Below are positions 18,317-27,717 of a DNA stretch of 53,214 nt, piece by piece; the stretch's first letter is position 1; the number at the start of each line of letters is the position of its first letter. The DNA is taken from the sequence record DRR723986_5604; one strand, 5' to 3'. Under the pieces are notes generated by a model. That model was not told the origin of the DNA. It ran no database searches and worked only from the letters and a program-made list of their open reading frames with translations. A program made the translations under genes and the position numbers.

Positions 18317-19000
18317 TCATGGAAAAATCGCGAAGATTGCGAGAATGTTTTCCGCGATCTCCCGCAGTGGTTTTCCCTGAGTCATGGCCATGCGACGCAT
18401 GGAATCATAGACTTCCTGCTCCGCGAGACCGCTCTTCGTCATCAACAGGCCCTTGGCCCGCTCAATTGTCTTGCGGGCCGCGAGATCTTCCTGCGTTTTC
18501 TGCAACTGATCCTGCAGGGACAGCGTCAATGCATGACGCTCCTCTGCCACATTCAGGATTGCAGGAACGCGTTCCGGCTCCAGGCCATCGACGATGAATG
18601 CACTGACGCCAAGCTTTAACGCCCTGCTCATCTCTTCCCGGGATCCCTGATCGACGAACACGAGGACCGGCACAGCACGGAACCTTCGCATGGCCAGAAG
18701 ATCAGTCAGCAATTCCAGGTCTGCAGTTGGCGAGGCGAGAAGAATTGCCCGCGCGCCCATCAACCTTAATCGCCGGGTCTGCCAGTCCGCATGACCCGTG
18801 ATTTCAGTGTGATGCGGCTGCTCACCCAGCCCATTCGAAATCTGCCTGGCCCGCGTTTCATCGCTGGCAAGCACCAGGATCTGTCCACCCCAACTCGCCA
18901 TTTCGGACGCGGGAATGGATTGCTGTTGCTCTTCCAGCAAGACTGTACTGCGGGGATTCTCGGCAGCCATGTCGGTCGGGGCTCTCTGCAAAACATTCAA
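18317..19000 (-). CDS. NasT-like ANTAR antiterminator (pseudo-receiver plus ANTAR)
   Basis: GVSAFIVDGLEPER, LAARKTIERAKGLLM, EVYDSMRRMAM, LREIAE; start may instead be 18970. Confidence 0.9.
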   Translation of the reverse strand: MNVLQRAPTDMAAENPRSTVLLEEQQQSIPASEMASWGGQILVLASDETRARQISNGLGEQPHHTEITGHADWQTRRLRLMGARAILLASPTADLELLTDLLAMRRFRAVPVLVFVDQGSREEMSRALKLGVSAFIVDGLEPERVPAILNVAEERHALTLSLQDQLQKTQEDLAARKTIERAKGLLMTKSGLAEQEVYDSMRRMAMTQGKPLREIAENILAIFAIFP

Positions 19001-19318
19001 ACCATTGATGTCACTTGAATTTTGAGAACAACCGCACCGAGTCCAAACAGCCAGAATGAAGTTGGCATGTCAGATTGCCGCATCTGATTATTCCTGTTTC
19101 GCGATTGACCAAATACTCGGCACGAAAGGCTGCATTTACGCCCCATATCATTGTTGAGGCATTGTCCAGTTTCAGGGCAACCATGATCATGTCAGGTCAA
19201 AATCGCTGAATCAGCGTGCATTCCACTAGGCGACGCTTTGGTCTGGGGGGCGCGTCTTGACCCTTTAAAGGCAGAGCTCAACAGTCGCCTACGGGAACGC
19301 TTACGCATCGAGGAAATC

Positions 19319-20464
19319 ATGAAACGTAGAGACTTTCTGGCGACAGGGACTGGCCTCGGCATTGCTGCCCTCACGAGCTGTACAACGACCACTACGGGAT
19401 TTGCTCCCGCACCAGTGACCGGCGATGCGTTGGTCCAGTCCATCGATGCACCGATGCGGCCCATAAAATCCTCCATGAGCCGCGTGACTCGCACAATTGT
19501 CGGTCTGCGCCCCTTCCGAAAACCCGGTCCCCGGCTGGAAGCAGTGAAGATCGGTTCCAAGGATGTCGTGCATAATTACGGCCACGGCGGAGGGGGTGTT
19601 TCCCTGTCCTGGGGCGTCGCAGAGCTGGCAGCGGCACTCGTCAAAAAGACACACAGTGACAAGGTCGCCGTTCTGGGATCCGGTTCGATTGGCTTGTCGA
19701 CAGCCATTCTTCTCCAACGTACCGGCATAAAGGTAACGATCTACGCCAAGGATTTCCCGCCCTACACGACCTCGAACGTTGCGGGCGCCATGTGGCACCC
19801 GGTGACCCTGTTTGAAAATGATCAGGTCTCCCAGGAAACCCTGGCCATGCTGGATCTCGCCTCCCGGATCGCCTTCAACCGGTTCATCCGCTTTGCCAAC
19901 GATCCGAAATACGGCGTTTACTGGATCCGCCAATATTCATTGAGTGACCGACCCATGAGTACGATCCGGCCGTATGTGGGTGGCGACGCACTCTATCCGG
20001 GGCTCAAACGCAACCAGCCCGGCGGTCCGTTCGGCTTCCCGTACTATGACGGGTACTACACGCTGATGATCGACCCGGACATTTACCTGCGTGCACTGGT
20101 AAATGACTTCCTCGCGGCCGGTGGCAAGATGAAGGAAATGGCTTTTGAGACCGAGGGCGACCTCGAAAAGCTGCCGGAGCCCAGCATCGTGAACTGCATG
20201 GGACTTGGTTCCGGCAAGGTGTTCGGAGACGAAAGCATCATTCCGGCACGTGGTCAGCTGAGCTTTCTGCTGCCTCAGAACGACATTGATTATGGCTATG
20301 CCGGATCAACGGATGACTATGGCCTGCTTTACTCCTTCCCCAGGAAGACGGGAATTCTCCTGGGCGGATCTGTCGACAAGGGTGACTGGAGCCTCGAACC
20401 GAGGGCCGATGAAATCCGGCGGATGGTCGACGGTCATGCCTACCTCGCTTCCAAGCTGATCTAG
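19319..20464 (+). CDS. D-amino-acid oxidase family flavoprotein, Tat (lipo)protein, circularly permuted
   Basis: KRRDFL signal ending LTSC; GLRP..HNYGHGGGG..SWG precedes GSGSIG; TTSNVAGA, VNCMG, PARGQ, LGGS. Confidence 0.88.
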   Translation: MKRRDFLATGTGLGIAALTSCTTTTTGFAPAPVTGDALVQSIDAPMRPIKSSMSRVTRTIVGLRPFRKPGPRLEAVKIGSKDVVHNYGHGGGGVSLSWGVAELAAALVKKTHSDKVAVLGSGSIGLSTAILLQRTGIKVTIYAKDFPPYTTSNVAGAMWHPVTLFENDQVSQETLAMLDLASRIAFNRFIRFANDPKYGVYWIRQYSLSDRPMSTIRPYVGGDALYPGLKRNQPGGPFGFPYYDGYYTLMIDPDIYLRALVNDFLAAGGKMKEMAFETEGDLEKLPEPSIVNCMGLGSGKVFGDESIIPARGQLSFLLPQNDIDYGYAGSTDDYGLLYSFPRKTGILLGGSVDKGDWSLEPRADEIRRMVDGHAYLASKLI

Positions 20465-20499
20465 CCCCCCCACCAACTCAATCAGACACGGTGCCATGA

Positions 20500-20530
20500 C
20501 CGGGCCTTCACTCTGAAGGTCCGGCTTTTT
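20500..20530 (+). terminator. Intrinsic terminator
   Basis: ccgggccttca-ctc-tgaaggtccgg then cttttt. Confidence 0.8.
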
Positions 20531-20733
20531 GCATGAAGTCTCTAACCTCCTCGCCCACCCGCAATCCGTCGCTTTGACGCGACCGGTCAAAACTGTGTCG
20601 TCCGCCGTCAATACCGGCGCCGCTCCAACGAGTAGTCAGAATTCAGCTCACTTCTGAAGGGCAAGGCAACTCAAAACCGATGCCTCTCCCCAAAGGAAAA
20701 GCAGAACCCAAAACGCCTCTCATGGAGACCATC

Positions 20734-21543
20734 ATGTTTACCTCCCGCCTCCCACTGAAACTCGCCCTGGCATCGGCCGGACTGGCCGGCCTGCTGTTCG
20801 CCCAGCAAACTGCCAGCGCTGAAACCGCCCGCGCCGCGACCGCAAAAATGCCGCCGGTCAATGACGGCCTTCCCATGCCGGGCTTCACGATCGATCCGGC
20901 AACGACTGCAATCGTCATCACCGATCCGCAAAATGACTTCCTGTCACCGGAAGGCGTGACCTGGGGCGTTGTTGGCCAGAGCATCACCGAGAACGGCACG
21001 GTCGAAAACCTCGAGGCACTCTTCAAAGTTGCCGATGAGACCGGCATGCCCGTTTTCGTGTCGCCGCACTTCTATTTCGAACACGATCACAAATGGGAAT
21101 TCGAAGGCACGCTTGAAACACTGATGCACAGCATCGGCATGTTCGACCGTCCGCACGCCCTGACCGTGGAAGGATTTGAAGGATCCGGCGCCGATTGGCT
21201 CGATCGCTACAAGCCCTACATCAACAATGGCAAGACGGTCGTCACCAGTCCGCACAAAGTCTACGGCCCGGAAACCAATGACCTCGTCCTTCAGCTTCGC
21301 AAGGCGGGCATTTCGAAAGTCATCCTCGGTGGCATGTCGTCGAACCTCTGCACGGAATCCCACATGCGTGAACTGATCGAGCAGGGCTTCGAAGTGATGG
21401 TCGTAACTGATGCGACCGCAGGCGCCATCACTCCGCTCTACAACGGCTATGATGCGTCCTTGACCAACTTCCGGATGATCGCCAGCTCAGTCGACAACAC
21501 GGCAAACACCGTGAAAGCGATCAAGGCCGCTCACGGAAAGTAG
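20734..21543 (+). CDS. Isochorismatase-like cysteine hydrolase with signal peptide
   Basis: TDPQNDF, PHKVY, GMSSNLCTESH (D-K-C triad), DATA; signal ending ASA. Confidence 0.88.
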   Translation: MFTSRLPLKLALASAGLAGLLFAQQTASAETARAATAKMPPVNDGLPMPGFTIDPATTAIVITDPQNDFLSPEGVTWGVVGQSITENGTVENLEALFKVADETGMPVFVSPHFYFEHDHKWEFEGTLETLMHSIGMFDRPHALTVEGFEGSGADWLDRYKPYINNGKTVVTSPHKVYGPETNDLVLQLRKAGISKVILGGMSSNLCTESHMRELIEQGFEVMVVTDATAGAITPLYNGYDASLTNFRMIASSVDNTANTVKAIKAAHGK

Positions 21544-21881
21544 TCTCCTCCCGATCCGCGTTTCGCCGACGTGGATGCCCCGCAGCCCGGCTGGTGCCCC
21601 CCCTCTCTCCCCCGCCAGCCGGGCCCTTTCGGGCCGCAATAGAATGCGCACCCGCCCCACAGAATCTCAGGACGCACGACATGTTGCAGCAAGAACTCCT
21701 ATTCTCGCCGGAACCAGAAGTCGTCACGGCACGTGTCGTCTGCCTACTGATCTTCCAAGTCAGTCTGAAGTTCACTGCCCAAGAGACTTCAGACGTCCAT
21801 CGCCTGCCGGGCGCCTCCCCGGTCCGGCAGGCACCTTCCCCACCGAGCCTGTGGCTCCAACCTCCCAAAAAGGAAATTGAA

Positions 21882-22367
21882 ATGTCCCGCACAATCACAC
21901 TCTCCGCCATGGTGGTGGCCACAGCCATCGCTACTGCCATGCCAGCTGCCGCCGAAGACGAGTACAACGTGTCGGCCGGCATCACGACGGCGGGCGTACC
22001 GCTGGGTCTTCATGGCGTCGATGCTGTCGCGCTGACGACGCTGAACGCCGTTGCCGAAGGTGACGCACAATACACTGTCGTCGAAGACGGCGTGGCCTAC
22101 TACTTCGCGTCCGAAGACTCCGCGAATAAGTTCAAAGCCAACCCGGCAATGTATGCACCTCAATATGGCGGCTTTTGCGCCTATGCGGTTGCCCTTGGCA
22201 AGAAGTTCGACGGTGACCCGCAATATGCCGACATCGTGGATGGCAAGCTCTACCTGTTCGTGAATGCGGAGATCTTCGAAAAGTACAAGAAGGACTCCAA
22301 GCGTATTCTCGCCAAGGCCGAACGCACCTGGCCGCGCATCGAACACAAAGCCGTCGGCGACCTTTAA
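21882..22367 (+). CDS. Secreted YHS-domain protein (selenoprotein family, Cys form)
   Basis: [40 protein letters not shown]. Confidence 0.88.
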   Translation: MSRTITLSAMVVATAIATAMPAAAEDEYNVSAGITTAGVPLGLHGVDAVALTTLNAVAEGDAQYTVVEDGVAYYFASEDSANKFKANPAMYAPQYGGFCAYAVALGKKFDGDPQYADIVDGKLYLFVNAEIFEKYKKDSKRILAKAERTWPRIEHKAVGDL

Positions 22368-22441
22368 GCCCGTACGCGGGCGGCTGGATACTGCTTCCAG
22401 CCGCTCATGCTTTCCTCCCGGAACACAAAGAGACAACAAAC

Positions 22442-22903
22442 ATGAGACCGCCCCTCCCGCCATTCACCGCTGAAACCGCAACGGAAAAAGTCCGCCTCGC
22501 AGAAGATGGCTGGAACAGCCGCAACCCAGAAAAAGTCTCTCTCGCCTACACGGAAGACAGCGCCTGGCGGAACCGCGACCAGTTCATCACGGGACGGGCT
22601 GAAATCGTCCGCTTCCTGACGGAGAAGTGGAAAAAGGAACAGGAATACCGCCTGATCAAGGAACTGTTCGCATTTTCAGGCAATCGCATTGCCGTCCGCT
22701 ATGCTTACGAGTTCCATGACGCGAGCGGCCAATGGCATCGCGCCTATGGCAATGAGAACTGGGAGTTTGACGCAGAGGGCCTGATGCAGAAGCGCTATGC
22801 CAGCATCAATGATCTGAAGATCAGCGAAGCAGAGCGTCTCTTTCACTGGCCGCAAGGCCGGCGCCCGGGCGATCATCCGGGGCTCAGCGAACTGGGCCTC
22901 TGA
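22442..22903 (+). CDS. DUF1348 / NTF2-like protein
   Basis: [40 protein letters not shown]. Confidence 0.92.
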   Translation: MRPPLPPFTAETATEKVRLAEDGWNSRNPEKVSLAYTEDSAWRNRDQFITGRAEIVRFLTEKWKKEQEYRLIKELFAFSGNRIAVRYAYEFHDASGQWHRAYGNENWEFDAEGLMQKRYASINDLKISEAERLFHWPQGRRPGDHPGLSELGL

Positions 22904-22909
22904 CCGGGA

Positions 22910-24496
22910 TCAGGCGTCCTCCAGAACTGGTGCCACGTCTGCCGGTGCCAGCCGGATTAGGTAATCGAATGCGGAGAGGGCCGCCTTAGCCCCTTCGCCC
23001 ATCGATATGACGATCTGCTTGTAGGGCGTCGTCGTCGCATCACCGGCCGCGAAGACGCCCGGAAGCGACGTCTGGGCCCGCATGTCCGTCACGATCTCTC
23101 CACGCTCGCTCAGCTCGACGCTGCCGCGCAGCCACTCTGTATTCGGCACAAGGCCGATCTGCACGAAGATACCTTCCAGCTCGACCTGGTGCAGTTCTTC
23201 GGTATTGCGGTTCATGTAGACCAGACCTTTCACCTTGGCCCCATCGCCGAGGACCTCAGTCGTCATGGCCGACGTAATGATGGTGACATTCGGCAGGCTG
23301 CGCAGCTTGTTCTGAAGCACCGCGTCAGCGCGCAGCTGCGTATCAAACTCGATCAGCGTCACATGGGCGACGAGCCCCGCAAGATCGATCGCGGCCTCCA
23401 CGCCGGAATTGCCGCCGCCGATGACGGCGACACGCTTGCCTTTGAAAAGCGGACCATCGCAGTGAGGGCAGTAGGCAACTCCCTTGTTGCGGTACTCTTC
23501 CTCACCGGGCACGCCCATCTGGCGCCAACGCGCACCGGGGGCGAGGATCAGGCTGCGTGTCTTCAGGCTCGCGCCATTCTCCAGAACGACTTCATGCAGA
23601 CCGCCCTCAACTTTCGCCGGAACAAGCTTCGAGGCCATCTGGAGGTTCATCATATCGATGTCGTATTCCTTGATGTGCGTCTCCATCGCGGTGGCCAGCT
23701 TCGGCCCTTCCGTATACGGCACAGAGATCAGGTTCTCGATGCCCATCGTGTCCAGCACCTGCCCGCCAAGCCGTTCTGCGGCGATACCTGTGCGGATGCC
23801 CTTGCGGGCCGCATAGATCGCGCCAGCCGCGCCAGCCGGGCCACCGCCGATGACGAGCACTTCAAACGGCTCCTTCTGCGAGATCTTTGCCGCCATCTTT
23901 TCCTGCGCACCGGTATCCAGCTTGGCGAGGATCTGCTCGACCTCCATTCGGCCGGAACCGAAGACTTCGCCATTCAGGTAAACCGTCGGCACAGCCATCA
24001 CCTGGCGTGCATCGACTTCGCTCTTGAACAGCGCGCCATCAATGGCGGTGTGCCGGATGTTTGGATTGAGGACCGCCATCATGTTCAGGGCCTGAACCAC
24101 ATCCGGGCAGTTCTGGCAGGACAGGGAGAAATAGGTCTCGAATTCAAAAGAGCCTTCGAGCGATTTGATCTGCTCGATCACTTCCGGCGCGACCTTCGGC
24201 GGGTGTCCACCGACTTGGAGCAGCGCGAGAACGAGCGATGTGAATTCGTGGCCAAGCGGCAGGCCGGCAAAGCGCAGGCTGATGTCCGCCTCAGGCGTGG
24301 TGACCGCAAAAGAGGGTGCGCGTTTGTCTTCGCCGCGCTTCCAGGTCACCTTGTCGGAAAGGTCGGCAATCTCCTGCAGGAGCTCTTCGAGGTCACGGCT
24401 GCCCTTGGTGTCGTCCAGAGCGGCCACCAGTTCCACGGGGCGCCGGATGTTTTCCATATAGGCTTTGAGCTGGGTCTTCAGGTTGGCATCCAACAT
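22910..24496 (-). CDS. ahpF: Alkyl hydroperoxide reductase subunit F
   Basis: [32 protein letters not shown]. Confidence 0.98.
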   Translation of the reverse strand: MLDANLKTQLKAYMENIRRPVELVAALDDTKGSRDLEELLQEIADLSDKVTWKRGEDKRAPSFAVTTPEADISLRFAGLPLGHEFTSLVLALLQVGGHPPKVAPEVIEQIKSLEGSFEFETYFSLSCQNCPDVVQALNMMAVLNPNIRHTAIDGALFKSEVDARQVMAVPTVYLNGEVFGSGRMEVEQILAKLDTGAQEKMAAKISQKEPFEVLVIGGGPAGAAGAIYAARKGIRTGIAAERLGGQVLDTMGIENLISVPYTEGPKLATAMETHIKEYDIDMMNLQMASKLVPAKVEGGLHEVVLENGASLKTRSLILAPGARWRQMGVPGEEEYRNKGVAYCPHCDGPLFKGKRVAVIGGGNSGVEAAIDLAGLVAHVTLIEFDTQLRADAVLQNKLRSLPNVTIITSAMTTEVLGDGAKVKGLVYMNRNTEELHQVELEGIFVQIGLVPNTEWLRGSVELSERGEIVTDMRAQTSLPGVFAAGDATTTPYKQIVISMGEGAKAALSAFDYLIRLAPADVAPVLEDA

Positions 24497-24564
24497 GCGT
24501 CATCTCCTGCGAAGAGCAAGGCCGAGCTGACTTGCAGCGCGAATTCCTGCGGGGAAAGGGAAAC

Positions 24565-24595
24565 CCGGCTGGCTGTGACGTCCACAGCCAGCCGG
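24565..24595. repeat. 13-bp inverted repeat between ahpC and ahpF (attenuating or stabilising stem)
   Basis: ccggctggctgtg-acgtc-cacagccagccgg. Confidence 0.7.
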
Positions 24596-24614
24596 ATAAT
24601 GGAAATGCGGTGAC

Positions 24615-25178
24615 TTAGATCTTGCCGACCAGTTCCAGCGACGGGGCGAGGGTCTCCGAACCTTCTTCCCATTTCGCCGGGCACACCTGGCCCGGGTTCG
24701 CGCGGACATATTGGGCCGCTTTGACCTTGCGGACGAGTTCAGCCGCATTGCGGCCCACCCCTTCGCAGGTCACTTCGATCACCTGGATCACGCCATCCGG
24801 ATCAACCACGAAGGTGCCACGGTCAGCGAGGCCCATGTCTTCGCGCATGTTTTCGAAGTTGCGGGTGATGGTGCCCGTCGGGTCGCCCAGCATGTAGTAT
24901 TCGATCTTGCCGATGGCCGGCGAAGTTTCGTGCCATGCCTTGTGGCTGAAGTGGGTATCGGTCGACACGGCGAACACTTCGACGCCCATGCCCTGCAGCG
25001 CGGCGTATTCGGACTGCAGGTCTTCCAGTTCGGTCGGGCACACAAAGGTGAAGTCTGCCGGGTAGAAGAAGAAGATTGCCCACTTGCCCTTCACGTCGGC
25101 ATCGCTGACCGACTCGAATTTGCCTTGCTTGAATGCTTCGGCTTTGAAGGGCTTAATTTGCGTATTGATAAGGGACAT
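24615..25178 (-). CDS. ahpC: Alkyl hydroperoxide reductase subunit C (peroxiredoxin)
   Basis: [26 protein letters not shown]; start [11 protein letters not shown]. Confidence 0.98.
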   Translation of the reverse strand: MSLINTQIKPFKAEAFKQGKFESVSDADVKGKWAIFFFYPADFTFVCPTELEDLQSEYAALQGMGVEVFAVSTDTHFSHKAWHETSPAIGKIEYYMLGDPTGTITRNFENMREDMGLADRGTFVVDPDGVIQVIEVTCEGVGRNAAELVRKVKAAQYVRANPGQVCPAKWEEGSETLAPSLELVGKI

Positions 25179-25330
25179 TGTGGCTCCGTCTTGTTGTTGC
25201 TTGCCGGGACAGATCCAATACCCGTCCCATATGGCTTGCCAATAAATTGTGGTGGGACATATCGCGCGCTTGTTTTTAATTGTTGCGCGCCGCATCCCGC
25301 GACTGACGTTTCCTTCGCCCTGTTCCTGTT

Positions 25331-25347
25331 TCTATAATCATTCTAAT
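25331..25347. promoter_or_regulatory. Fur-family (PerR/Irr-like) box between ahpC and the LAAO gene
   Basis: Minus strand ATTAGAATGATTATAGA, an AT-rich 7-1-7-like island in GC-rich DNA. Confidence 0.45.
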
Positions 25348-25681
25348 TTCGGAAACAAGGGCAGCCCCGGCAATGTCTGCCGCCATTCCACAAGCCGCTG
25401 CATTTTCTGGACTCATTTGGCCGAACCGGCCCATTCACACGCGCTGTGTCAGCTTGTTTTCGCGCCCATCCGGTCCGAGCACGCCTCCGGTCTGGCGGAG
25501 AATCGGAACGCCGCTTCGGGGCAGCATGCCCTCCCTCGCGGACATGCCACACAGCGTCCCCGCCCCACCGGTCAAAGCTGATTGAAATTTGGTCCGTTCC
25601 AAACAAAGAGCCGATTCGCCCCAGTTTTTCCTTTACCTGCGCCCCCGGTCACCTACGACGAAAGGACAAATGGAGGGTATT

Positions 25682-27256
25682 ATGGAGGGAGCGACCCGTC
25701 GATCTGCATTGGCGCTCATCGGGGCAACGGCTGGCAGCGCTGCGCTGTATGCCGCGATGAAGTCCATTCGACACGTCCAGCCGTCATCATATAAAGGCCC
25801 CATCAAGCTCGATGGAGATCCGAAAGGCGCGAAAGTCCTCATTCTCGGCGCGGGTCTCGCGGGCATGGTCGCAGCATTGGAGCTTCGATCCGCAGGCTAT
25901 GACGTCGAAGTTTTGGAGTATCGCGAGAAAGCCGGCGGCCGTTGCTGGACGCTGCGCGGCGGTGACACCTACACCGAGCTCGGCGGCGCGAGCCAGAAAG
26001 TTTCCTTCGAAGGCGACAACTATATCAATCCAGGGCCCTGGCGGATCCCTTATGATCATCATGGTGTGCTGGACTATTGCCAGCGTCTAGGGGTCCAACT
26101 GGAACCTTTCATCCAGCAAAACCACAACGCCTATATCCACAACAGCAAGGCGTTTGGCGGTAAGCCGCAACGTTTCAAACACATCGCCACAGACTATCGT
26201 GGCCAGACTTCGGAATTACTGGCCAAGGCGGTCGACCAGGATCGTCTGGATGACATGCTAACGTCGGAAGACCGTGAAGCGCTGATTGAATCGCTCCGGG
26301 CGACCGGGGCACTGGACGACACCAATTCGTATAAGGCCGGCGACCTGACCAGCCGGTATCGCGGTTTTGGCAAACCGCCCGGCGCCGGCTTCAATGGCGC
26401 GCCATCCGCTTCGGATCCGATCAGCCTGTCCGAAATCCTTCAATACCGCATGTGGGGCCGGCTGGCCGACGCAGACCTGCTGGATCACCAGATGCCGATG
26501 TTCCAACCGGTTGGCGGCATGGACATGATCGCGCAGGCATTTGCACGGGAAGTGGGTGATCTTATCCGCTTCAATTCCAAAGTCGTTTCGCTGCAACAGG
26601 ACGATGATGGCGTGAAAGTTGCCTACGAAGACACGCGCACAGGCGACACACTGACAACTCAAGCGGACTGGTGTGTGTGTACCGTACCATTCTCGATCCT
26701 CGGCCAGATAGATCACAATCTGTCACCGGAACTGACAGCAGCGGTGAATAACGTCTTCTATCGCGGGTCCGCAAAATGGGGCCTCGAATTCAAACGCCGG
26801 TTCTGGGAGCAGGATGAACATATCTATGGCGGGATCAGCTATACTGATCTTCCCATTGAAATGATCTCTTACCCCTCGACAGGTCTCTTCACCAAAGGCC
26901 CTGCCGTCCTTCTGGGCGGGTATACATGGGATGATGCGCAGGCATTTGAATTCAATGCCATGCAACCGGAAGACAGGATCAAATGGGCACTTGAATTCGG
27001 GTCGAAACTCCACCCGCAATATCTTGAAGAATTCAAGACCGGCGTCAGCATCGTCTGGCACAAGGTGCCATGGGTGCTCGGCTGCTTCGGTATCTGGCGG
27101 GACAAGGAAGCCCACTATGCAAATGCGGTGAAAATCGACAACCGCGTAGTCTGTGCCGGCGAGCACGTGTCTTATCTCGGTGCCTGGCTGGAAGGCGCCA
27201 TTGAATCTTCACTCGACGCGATTGGCCGTCTGCATGACAAGGTGATCAACGGATGA
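25682..27256 (+). CDS. Flavin monoamine oxidase / L-amino-acid oxidase family protein, Tat signal
   Basis: TRRSAL signal; GAGLAG, GGRCWT, NPGPWRIP, FQPVGGMD, AGEH..WLEGA. Confidence 0.92.
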   Translation: MEGATRRSALALIGATAGSAALYAAMKSIRHVQPSSYKGPIKLDGDPKGAKVLILGAGLAGMVAALELRSAGYDVEVLEYREKAGGRCWTLRGGDTYTELGGASQKVSFEGDNYINPGPWRIPYDHHGVLDYCQRLGVQLEPFIQQNHNAYIHNSKAFGGKPQRFKHIATDYRGQTSELLAKAVDQDRLDDMLTSEDREALIESLRATGALDDTNSYKAGDLTSRYRGFGKPPGAGFNGAPSASDPISLSEILQYRMWGRLADADLLDHQMPMFQPVGGMDMIAQAFAREVGDLIRFNSKVVSLQQDDDGVKVAYEDTRTGDTLTTQADWCVCTVPFSILGQIDHNLSPELTAAVNNVFYRGSAKWGLEFKRRFWEQDEHIYGGISYTDLPIEMISYPSTGLFTKGPAVLLGGYTWDDAQAFEFNAMQPEDRIKWALEFGSKLHPQYLEEFKTGVSIVWHKVPWVLGCFGIWRDKEAHYANAVKIDNRVVCAGEHVSYLGAWLEGAIESSLDAIGRLHDKVING

Positions 27257-27696
27257 GACATCAAGCCCGCAGCGCTCTAACCGCCCTCGCTTTCTCGACC
27301 ACCGCGCTCAGCATGCAAGCCGATCAAGGCATCCCTGAAATCACAAGCTTCGAACCGACGCCACTTGAGAAGAAAATATTCGACGGCCCGGGCGTCACCG
27401 TGACCAGCGGCGACGAGATTTACTCCACGCTCTGTGCGGGCTGCCATATGCCAGAAGGAAAAGGCGCAGTAGGCGGTGGCATGTACCCCGCCCTCGCGGG
27501 GAATGAGAAGCTTGAATATCCGGATTATGCTGTCTTTATCGTCCTGAACGGGTACAAAGCGATGCCATCATTCGCCCACACGCTTTCCGACGAGCAGGTT
27601 GCCGCGGTCGTCAATTACCTGCAGTCCGGACTGGGTGAAAATTCTTATGAACCGGCCGCAACGGTCGAACAGGTCGAACTAAGCCGGCCTCAATAA
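27253..27696 (+). CDS. Mono-heme cytochrome c
   Basis: CAGCH, distal MPSF, LSDEQVAAVVNY; ATGA coupling. Confidence 0.92.
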   Translation: MRHQARSALTALAFSTTALSMQADQGIPEITSFEPTPLEKKIFDGPGVTVTSGDEIYSTLCAGCHMPEGKGAVGGGMYPALAGNEKLEYPDYAVFIVLNGYKAMPSFAHTLSDEQVAAVVNYLQSGLGENSYEPAATVEQVELSRPQ

Positions 27697-27717
27697 TCTG
27701 AATACGGAGTGAAACCT

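Noticed and set aside
19062-19134. sigma54-like TTGGCATGTCAGATTGC and CGGCACGAAAGGCTGCA
   Set aside because: Spacing is GG-N11-GC; sigma54 needs exactly N10
22170-22185. Selenocysteine in the YHS protein
   Set aside because: The codon is TGC (Cys), not TGA
25569-25584. cgguc[AAAGCU]gauug as an ANTAR hairpin before the LAAO gene
   Set aside because: Single weak stem with two G-U pairs and no convincing partner hairpin
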